In this document: positions 9,307-15,679 of the stretch, piece after piece
Layout of the letters: each line of letters starts with the position of its first letter
Numbering within the stretch: the first letter of the stretch is position 1
Assembly (NCBI GenBank): GCA_964493195.1
Contig: CAZBMX010000001.1
Coordinates: forward strand, 1-25,510
From: an uncultured Pseudomonadales bacterium
GTDB taxonomy: Bacteria > Patescibacteriota > Microgenomatia > UBA1400 > PJMF01
DNA: 25,510 nucleotides
Direction: 5' to 3'
The notes under the pieces: generated by a model
Seen by the model: only the letters and a program-made list of their open reading frames with translations
The model's database searches: none
What the model was told of the DNA's origin: nothing
Translations under genes and position numbers: made by a program

Positions 9307-11603
9307 TGTAATCCCCCAATCACATCCCGCAACAACGCCGCCAACTCAAAATCCATAACCTTCACCGCCTCATTCATCCGCCGCCGTAACTTCGTAGCCA
9401 GCTGTTTGCGGTCATACGGCGTCAGCGCCGCAGGATCGATTTTACCCAAATCAATTCGCTCGCCTTTGGCTAAGTTGATAATCGTCCCCTCCTCTTTGGG
9501 CTTTTCTGGTTTTTGGCCGGGGCGGCCGCGTTTGAGTTTGTTTTTCTCCCGTTCTTCCGCACTAATCATTTTTTCGCGCAGCGGTTTGTTGATGGTAAGT
9601 GCTTCGATTCCGTGGCTCAGGTTAAACTCAGTTTGTTTGGTTCTGCGCCGCAGAGTTTCGCCAATCGCTGCACGCATGGATTTAGTAAGTTTGTCCGCAT
9701 ACAGTATTGCTTTGCCTTCGAGGTGGCGGGCGGCTCGACCCATGGTTTGGATCAGCGAGGTGCGGGAGCGCAGGAAACCCTCTTTGTCCGCATCAAGGAT
9801 TGCAACTAGGGTCACTTCCGGCAAGTCCAAACCTTCACGCAGTAGGTTGATGCCCACCACCACATCGAACACACCGCGGCGCAAGTCATCCAAAATGTCA
9901 GATCGCTCCAGTGTTTCCACGTCCGAGTGCAGGTACGCGACTTTGGGGTACTCGGCCGGTGGTAGTTGCAGCTGGTGCAGGAACTGCTGCCGCTCTAGCC
10001 TACCGCTGTGCAGGTGACTGAAAAACTGCGGGTCGATTTTGCCAACTGGCATGTCTTCGATCGGCAGTGTTTCTCCGCTCCATAACACACGTTCCGCATC
10101 AACTTCCGCAGTTAAGGTATCAACACTGCGTTTGAGTAACTGATCGATTTTCTCGCGCTCATTGAGGTACTCTGTCAGTGCTTCAGCCATTTTTTTGGTC
10201 AGGGTCGTCACCAGCACGCGCTGGCCGCGGGTTTTGCGAATCATGATTTCCAACACCAAGTCTTCGATCTGTCCGTCGGTTGGCCGCAGTTCCACGTTGG
10301 GATCAATCAGGCCGGTGGGCCGAATTAGCTGTTCCACCACTTGGTTGCCGGACAGCGAAACTTCGTACTCATCAGGGGTGGCTGAGACGTAGACCATGCT
10401 ATTGGTGCGCTGCATGAACTCCTCGAACTTGAGTGGCCGATTGTCAATGGCACTAGGCAGGCGGAAGCCGTAGTCGATCAGAGTTTTTTTGCGTGCTTGA
10501 TCGCCAAAGTACATGCCCCGAATTTGGGGCAGGGTGATGTGGCTTTCATCGATGATGGTGAGAAACGCTTTGCTAGGGTGTTCAGCTGCAGCCGCGCGGA
10601 AGTAGTCCAGCAAGCTGAACGGTGCTTCACCTGGCTTGCGCCCGTCGAAGTAGCGCGAGTAGTTTTCGATACCGTTGATAAAGCCAAACTCGCGAATCAT
10701 ATCCAGATCGTAGTTTACTTTTTGTTGTAATCGGTATGCTTCAACAATTTTTCCCTCTGCTTGAAGTGCTTTGACACGCACAGCCAAGTCAGTGGCGATT
10801 TCGGCTATTCCCTGCTCCTGGGTGATGGGGTTGACCACGTAGTGTTTGGCCGGGTAAATGATGAATCGCCGGGCAGACGGAGTATCAGGTGTGCCTTTGG
10901 CATCGGGCAGCGGCGAACCAGTCACCGGATCGATCCAAGCGATTTCGGTGATGCGATCTTCCAGGGTTTCAATTCGCAAAGCACGATCTTCATATGCAGG
11001 CCACAATTGAATCATGTCACCGCGGATGCGGTAGCTGCCACGGTAGAGTTCGGCGGTTGAGCGCTCGTACTGTAAATTTGAAAACTGCAGTAGTAGTGTT
11101 TCTCGCGCTAACCGCTGACCTTCGACAAGCTCAAAGATGTAGCGGCCGTACTCAACCGGGGAACCCAAGTTATAAATGCAGGAAACCGACGCCACCACGA
11201 TCGTATCGGGACGCGTCAGCAAGTTGGTGGTAGTGGACAGGCGCAGCTTGTCGATTTCGTCATTGATGGTGGCTTCTTTTTCGATGTAGGTGTCAGTGGA
11301 CGGGATGTATGCTTCCGGCTGATAGTAGTCGTAGTACGACACGAAGTAGCTGACCGCATTATTGGGAAAGAAGTCGCGAAACTCTTGATACAGCTGGGCG
11401 GCTAAGGTTTTATTGTGGGCAATGATCAAGGTTGGCCGTTGGACGTGCTCGATGACCTGCGCCATGGTGTAGGTCTTACCTGAACCCGTTACTCCCAACA
11501 GCGTTTGGTGTTGCTTGTGTGCCTCGATGCCAGCCACCAGCTGTTTGATTGCGGTGGGTTGGTCGCCGGTTGGCTGGAAGGGTGCTTTGAGGGTAAAACG
11601 CAT
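9303..11603 (-). CDS. uvrB: Excinuclease ABC subunit B
   Basis: GVTGSGKT, beta-hairpin YYDYYQPEAY, IIDESH, VYVSATP, GINLLREGLDLPEV, QTMGRAARH and C-terminal UVR motif MDFELAALLRD. Confidence 0.97.
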   Translation of the reverse strand: MRFTLKAPFQPTGDQPTAIKQLVAGIEAHKQHQTLLGVTGSGKTYTMAQVIEHVQRPTLIIAHNKTLAAQLYQEFRDFFPNNAVSYFVSYYDYYQPEAYIPSTDTYIEKEATINDEIDKLRLSTTTNLLTRPDTIVVASVSCIYNLGSPVEYGRYIFELVEGQRLARETLLLQFSNLQYERSTAELYRGSYRIRGDMIQLWPAYEDRALRIETLEDRITEIAWIDPVTGSPLPDAKGTPDTPSARRFIIYPAKHYVVNPITQEQGIAEIATDLAVRVKALQAEGKIVEAYRLQQKVNYDLDMIREFGFINGIENYSRYFDGRKPGEAPFSLLDYFRAAAAEHPSKAFLTIIDESHITLPQIRGMYFGDQARKKTLIDYGFRLPSAIDNRPLKFEEFMQRTNSMVYVSATPDEYEVSLSGNQVVEQLIRPTGLIDPNVELRPTDGQIEDLVLEIMIRKTRGQRVLVTTLTKKMAEALTEYLNEREKIDQLLKRSVDTLTAEVDAERVLWSGETLPIEDMPVGKIDPQFFSHLHSGRLERQQFLHQLQLPPAEYPKVAYLHSDVETLERSDILDDLRRGVFDVVVGINLLREGLDLPEVTLVAILDADKEGFLRSRTSLIQTMGRAARHLEGKAILYADKLTKSMRAAIGETLRRRTKQTEFNLSHGIEALTINKPLREKMISAEEREKNKLKRGRPGQKPEKPKEEGTIINLAKGERIDLGKIDPAALTPYDRKQLATKLRRRMNEAVKVMDFELAALLRDVIGGLH

Positions 11604-11617
11604 ACCCGAACATTATA
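11604..11617 (-). promoter_or_regulatory. Consensus -10 box (TATAAT) 8 nt upstream of the uvrB ATG; probable leaderless promoter
   Basis: The minus strand reads TATAAT-GTTCGGGT-ATG with no Shine-Dalgarno sequence. Confidence 0.55.
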
Positions 11618-11674
11618 CAGTAGCCAGGCTTGCATAACAGCTCTGCACAGATAAACATGTGCGATAATAAGCCC

Positions 11675-12442
11675 ATGCACGTTCACCCAATTAAAACTCC
11701 AACTGTGTATGCCGATGATGATTTGTTCGCACTGCTCAGCGCAGCATTTACCAAGACACCTCCATCAGAGAACACAGTTGTGGCAGTTACCTCAAAAATC
11801 GTCTCGCTCTGTGAAGGTCGTGTTCTTCCCAATCATGATGATCGGGAGGAAAAAGAAGCACTTGTTCGTCGGGAAGCAGAGTTGTACACGGACCCCCAGT
11901 CTTCCAAGTACCGGTTGTTGCTGACGGTCAAAAACCAAATTTTGGCGATCAATGCAGGCATTGATGAATCCAATGCTGATCATCAGTATGTGTTGTTTCC
12001 CAAAGATCCGTATCACTCGGCAGCCAAGATTTGGCAGTGGCTGCGCACCACCTATAGATTGCAGTCAGTTGGTGTGATTATCACGGATAGCCGCACATTT
12101 CCGCTTAAGTGGGGTCAGATCGGTACGTGCCTAGCGTTCTGTGGATTCTCTGCGCTCAACAATAAGATTGGTGAGAAGGATATCTTTGGTCGTGAGTTGC
12201 ACATGACACAAGTCAATGTTGCCGAAGCGCTCTCTGTAGCTGCGGTGTTAGAAATGGGTGAGGCCGCTGAAACGCAACCGCTTGCGCTAATTTCTGAGGT
12301 GAACATGGTGCAGTTCCAAGATCATGCTCCCAGTCCTGCGGAGCTCGCCCAGTATGCAATTGCTATTGAAGATGATGCATATGCGCCGATTTTGGAAAAA
12401 GCGAACTGGAAACATGGGGGTGGAGGGGTCGATGCAGGATGA
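11675..12442 (+). CDS. CofE-family (F420-0:L-glutamate ligase-like) gamma-glutamyl ligase
   Basis: VVAVTSKIVSLCEGR, NAGIDESN, VGVIITDSRTFPLKWG, GEKDIFGRELHMTQVNVAEALS and MGEAAETQPLALI match the CofE family. Start placed at ATG 11675 (MHVHPIKT), 6 nt after TGcGATAAT. Confidence 0.85.
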   Translation: MHVHPIKTPTVYADDDLFALLSAAFTKTPPSENTVVAVTSKIVSLCEGRVLPNHDDREEKEALVRREAELYTDPQSSKYRLLLTVKNQILAINAGIDESNADHQYVLFPKDPYHSAAKIWQWLRTTYRLQSVGVIITDSRTFPLKWGQIGTCLAFCGFSALNNKIGEKDIFGRELHMTQVNVAEALSVAAVLEMGEAAETQPLALISEVNMVQFQDHAPSPAELAQYAIAIEDDAYAPILEKANWKHGGGGVDAG

Positions 12443-12947
12443 GCAAGTTGATGTCGTAACAGAAAACAACCAAGTAGTAGGCAGTGTCAGTAAAACAGCT
12501 GCACACCAACAAGGATTGTTGCATCGTTGTGTTGTTTCCCAGCTCATTGACTCGCAGGGCAGATGGACACTGGTGCAGCAGGCTGCTGATCGGCAGGATG
12601 CTGGGCAGTTTGTTTCACCGGTGGGCGGGCATGTCTCGGCTGGCGAAGACGAAGTTGCAGCGTTGCGACGTGAGGCACAAGAAGAAATGGGAATTGAGGT
12701 GAAAAATTTTCGCAAAGTTGGCGAGCTGATTTTTAATCGCGAAGTGATAGGGCGTAAAGAGAATCACTTATTTTTGGTATATGAAATTTTCTGCGATGAT
12801 GAGATACGTATCAACCATGAAGCGGTTGCAACGCACACGTTTGCAGTTGATGAGTTGCGCGCGCAGCTACAGACACATCCAGAACGATTCGGCGACGCGT
12901 TTCATGTATTGGTGCGGACTCTGTATCCAGAATTACTTTGGGAGTAA
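12432..12947 (+). CDS. Nudix hydrolase (Idi/YfcD-like branch)
   Basis: Nudix box GHVSAGEDEVAALRREAQEEMGI and N-terminal VDVVTENNQVVG...HQQGLLHR. RBS GGAGG at 12422-12426 supports ATG 12432, an 11-nt overlap with the CofE-like gene. It lacks the catalytic Cys of type 1 Idi. Confidence 0.85.
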   Translation: MQDEQVDVVTENNQVVGSVSKTAAHQQGLLHRCVVSQLIDSQGRWTLVQQAADRQDAGQFVSPVGGHVSAGEDEVAALRREAQEEMGIEVKNFRKVGELIFNREVIGRKENHLFLVYEIFCDDEIRINHEAVATHTFAVDELRAQLQTHPERFGDAFHVLVRTLYPELLWE

Positions 12948-13020
12948 AACTTTTGGCTACGCTTCCTAACTAGTCACGCTAATTTTTTTATTGACTTTTT
13001 TCGTGAAGTTGTTCAAAAAA

Positions 13021-13061
13021 TTGACTTCGTGCGCTTAAGAGTTATAATGACGTTGTAGGAG
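13021..13061 (+). promoter_or_regulatory. Near-consensus sigma70 promoter and RBS for the 13067 ORF
   Basis: TTGACT (13021-13026), 16-nt spacer, TATAAT (13043-13048), AGGAG (13057-13061), ATG at 13067. Confidence 0.7.
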
Positions 13062-13066
13062 ATTGT

Positions 13067-13279
13067 ATGTCAGACAAAACTGATTGCTCGCAGATGAAAC
13101 TAGAACTTCATCGGCTTTCAACGCAAATTGCAGAGCTCGAGCAGATGATTGCAAAAGGAGAATTCACGACAGTAGATATCAATTGGCATAATAGACACAA
13201 TATAGGTCCCTGGCAATCACATGAAGCCACATTAAGACAGAGTATACATGGAGCAGCTCGAGGAACTGAGCGTAGATAG
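13067..13279 (+). CDS. Small hypothetical protein (70 aa) with a predicted N-terminal coiled coil
   Basis: Strong promoter and RBS directly upstream; heptad-like LELHRLSTQIAELEQMIAK; no family recognised. Confidence 0.6.
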   Translation: MSDKTDCSQMKLELHRLSTQIAELEQMIAKGEFTTVDINWHNRHNIGPWQSHEATLRQSIHGAARGTERR

Positions 13280-13294
13280 AATCTTCGGTTACTC

Positions 13295-14191
13295 CTAATT
13301 AACTCTGATTACTTTAGCTTTCATCAGTTTGGTTATCCACTGTTTTGCAAACTCCTTCACACTCGGCAAGTACTTCGGCTGCGCATATAGCGGCCACACT
13401 CCGTCCAGCTGAAACTCAATCGTGCAGTATGAGTTTGAATCTGCAATCGCGCTCGAGAGTTCAGCTAACATCTCATCGGTTGTTGCTGCAAAATCAAGTG
13501 AGTCGCTGACATTCAGGCCAAGTGGTAAGTGCAGCATCATGCTCTCAGAAAAATTACTCAGTAGTTTTTCCCACAGTTTGGCAGGTGTGTGTAGTGCATT
13601 GTGGGTGGTCAGAAAATGTGCCAAGTCAAACACGATCACTGCCTGAAAGCCAAGTTCTTGCAAGCGTGCTACAGCGGTTCGGGTTCGCCCCAAATCTGGA
13701 TCATCAATGCTATTTTCAACTCCAATTGCGATGCTGCGTGGAGAGAACTCAAGTGCGTTGGTTGCAAACAGCAGCTCTACTTCAGGCTCATGCAACAATA
13801 GGTATGGTTTTCTACTCCAATCTTCGGTGGTTTCTGTGAGTGTTTTGAGTAGTGGCACAGTCCGGTGCAGCACCTCGTTGTACAGCACAATTTTTTTCTT
13901 TAGGATCGCATTTTGCAGCGGTGAGCCGGGCAGGGAAATTCGTGTGCCGATGCGACCGTGCAAGCCAGCCAGATGTGTTCTGATTGTAGGGTTGTGCAGC
14001 GTGTTCTCGATTGACAGGTGCCGCCAGGCCAAAAGTTCCATCCCAAACGTTGGAGGCTTGGTGTGTGTTTGCTCAAACACTTCGCGCCAGAATTCAAGCG
14101 AGCTTTCAGCATTACCAAACAGCCCAGCAGTATCGGACGAGATCGAAAAATCAAACGTCGCACGGAGTTCTCTGATTATTGGTGCAATCAT
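13295..14191 (-). CDS. Metal-binding TIM-barrel protein of the xylose isomerase-like / AP endonuclease 2 superfamily
   Basis: Ordered strand-end motifs AGLHG, LLLHEP, IGVENS, IVFDLAHF, MLHLP and TIEFQ are typical of the EndoIV/IolE/UvsE-like barrel. Confidence 0.7.
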   Translation of the reverse strand: MIAPIIRELRATFDFSISSDTAGLFGNAESSLEFWREVFEQTHTKPPTFGMELLAWRHLSIENTLHNPTIRTHLAGLHGRIGTRISLPGSPLQNAILKKKIVLYNEVLHRTVPLLKTLTETTEDWSRKPYLLLHEPEVELLFATNALEFSPRSIAIGVENSIDDPDLGRTRTAVARLQELGFQAVIVFDLAHFLTTHNALHTPAKLWEKLLSNFSESMMLHLPLGLNVSDSLDFAATTDEMLAELSSAIADSNSYCTIEFQLDGVWPLYAQPKYLPSVKEFAKQWITKLMKAKVIRVN

Positions 14192-14226
14192 ACCGAAGAG
14201 TATATTATACTGAAAAGAAACAAACT

Positions 14227-14778
14227 ATGACAGCACTCTCAATTTCTACCAAAACCGGTGACGATGGCACAACTGGATTGGCCAATGGCAAGCGGGTGCA
14301 AAAAGATGCGCCTATCATGGAGGTGATTGGTACACTCGATGAACTGAACTCGTGGCTCGGGTTGGTTGCGGCACACTGCGGCAGCGAGTTTCCCGCTCAG
14401 CGCAAGTTTTTATATAAAATCCAGGACACCCTGTTTTATGTCGGCGCTGAGCTGGCGCAGTCGCCCAAAGCACAGTTGCACCAGAAGTCACTTTCAGAAT
14501 TGGAGAAGCATGCAGACCAACTGCAACAATCAATGGCAGAAGGCTGGCATACGAAGTTTTTGTTGCCCGGTGGCACTGTGCTCGGTGGATACTTGGATGT
14601 GGCGCGAACCGTGAGTCGGCGACTAGAGCGACGGGTAGTTACTTTGCGGCGCGAGCAGTCAGTCTCGGCCACTGTATTGCAATATCTGAATCGTTTGTCC
14701 GACTTTTTGTACTTGCTCCGGTGTTTTGTAAACACCGCAGTGGAGTACCGCGAACAGCAGTTTGATGCAAGCAAGTAA
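14227..14778 (+). CDS. pduO: PduO-type ATP:cob(I)alamin adenosyltransferase
   Basis: ISTKTGDDGTTGL, VIGTLDELNSWLG, LDVARTVSRRLERR and YLNRLSDFLY. Start placed at ATG 14227 (MTALSIST). Confidence 0.9.
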   Translation: MTALSISTKTGDDGTTGLANGKRVQKDAPIMEVIGTLDELNSWLGLVAAHCGSEFPAQRKFLYKIQDTLFYVGAELAQSPKAQLHQKSLSELEKHADQLQQSMAEGWHTKFLLPGGTVLGGYLDVARTVSRRLERRVVTLRREQSVSATVLQYLNRLSDFLYLLRCFVNTAVEYREQQFDASK

Positions 14779-15399
14779 TCAATAGCGGAACTTGCGAATC
14801 AACCCCACTACTCTTCCCTGAATTTGTACGTTGGTGGCATAGATAGGACTCATGGATGAGTTGGCTGGTTCGAGTCGCACCCGGGTGACTTCTTTGTAGT
14901 ATCGTTTCAGCGTTGCTAGGCCGTTGTCGAGCAAGGCGACAACAATGTCACCGTCGCGGACTTCTTGGGTTTCTTCCACGACCACAAAATCATCCTCGTC
15001 GATCAAATCTTCGATCATGGATTTGCCCTTGACTTGCAAGACGTACGAGCGTTTCTTGCCACTGATCATCTCGGGGGACACTTTGAAGGTGATGCCGACT
15101 TGCGTGGGCGGTTCGATAGGTGCGCCGGCCTGGATGTACCCCAAAAGCGGCAAATCAATACTGTCAGACATCTTGATGTATGAGCGGTCAATCAGCTCAA
15201 TGCCGCGAACAGAGCCCTCGTGTTTGCGAATAATTTTTTTCCGCTGCAAGGCTTGCAGGTGTTCGTGCACAGTGGCCAACGAGGAAACTCCGAGCGACTC
15301 AGCAATTTCCTTGAGAGTTGGAGAGTAGCCATTTTTCTGGATGTACTGTGCCACGAAGTCCACGATTTGTCGTTGCCGTTTATAGAGTGTGACCGCCAT
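14779..15399 (-). CDS. lexA: SOS repressor LexA
   Basis: Winged-HTH SPTLKEIAESLGVSSLATVHEHL, Ala-Gly cleavage site IQAGAP, catalytic Ser (KGKSM) and Lys (ATLKR), RBS AAGGA upstream. Confidence 0.95.
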   Translation of the reverse strand: MAVTLYKRQRQIVDFVAQYIQKNGYSPTLKEIAESLGVSSLATVHEHLQALQRKKIIRKHEGSVRGIELIDRSYIKMSDSIDLPLLGYIQAGAPIEPPTQVGITFKVSPEMISGKKRSYVLQVKGKSMIEDLIDEDDFVVVEETQEVRDGDIVVALLDNGLATLKRYYKEVTRVRLEPANSSMSPIYATNVQIQGRVVGLIRKFRY

Positions 15400-15443
15400 T
15401 GTGTTCCTTTGCTGGGTATTGATACGAATTTAAACCAAACCAC

Positions 15444-15486
15444 CCGAAGTATCCACAGCATAACCGAAGTAAGCCCAAACCGTAAA
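15444..15486 (-). promoter_or_regulatory. Putative lexA promoter with a direct-repeat candidate operator
   Basis: Minus strand: TTTACG (15486-15481) and TATGCT (15462-15457). Identical CCGAAGTA 8-mers at 15444-15451 and 15464-15471 (20-bp period) flank the -10. Confidence 0.5.
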
Positions 15487-15564
15487 GTAGCGCTTTTAGT
15501 ATCAAAGTTGATCAAATTTGAAAAATGTACAGTTTTTTTGCCAAAATATACATGAATTTTCGGA

Positions 15565-15573
15565 TGCTATATT
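15565..15573 (+). promoter_or_regulatory. Extended -10 (TGcTATATT) pointing into hairpin element E1
   Basis: TG at 15565-15566 and TATATT at 15568-15573; the expected start site (~15580) is just before the E1 stem begins at 15584. Confidence 0.4.
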
Positions 15574-15583
15574 GTACATCTCC

Positions 15584-15679
15584 CTGTAAAAAAAGATGAC
15601 AATCAAGGTACCTGAAGATCCACTGAGAATGAACGCAAATACGGGAGCTTCATACATTGATTGTCATCTTTTTTTACAG
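15584..15679 (+). ncRNA. Candidate structured ncRNA / hairpin element E1 (unassigned family)
   Basis: A perfect 23-bp inverted repeat (15584-15606 / 15657-15679) encloses GTACCTGAAG (15608-15617), N30 and CTTCATAC (15648-15655). Homologous to E2 at 24669-24770. The right arm contains a T7 tract. Confidence 0.65.

Noticed and set aside
9939-10163. UvrB insertion as an intein
   Set aside because: It does not begin with Cys/Ser or end in His-Asn before Cys/Ser/Thr, and it is shorter than a mini-intein.
12432-12947. Nudix gene as isopentenyl-diphosphate isomerase (idi)
   Set aside because: The N-terminus is Idi-like, but the catalytic Cys motif is replaced by SPVGGH and a full Nudix box is present.
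13282-14199. 8-bp inverted repeat TCTTCGGT / ACCGAAGA bracketing the TIM-barrel gene as mobile-element ends
   Set aside because: Too short, with no transposase and no target duplication; better explained by chance or by the TTCGG promoter word.
15584-15679. E1/E2 as integron attC sites, retron msr-msd, MITEs or CRISPR repeats
   Set aside because: No RYYYAAC/GTTRRRY ends; no reverse transcriptase, integrase or cas gene in the window; the terminal repeats differ between copies (unlike transposon TIRs); and there is no repeat-spacer array.
15584-15679. E1 as only an ordinary intrinsic terminator of gpmI
   Set aside because: It may terminate, but a 50-nt structured interior conserved with E2, which is not at a gene 3' end, is not explained by termination.
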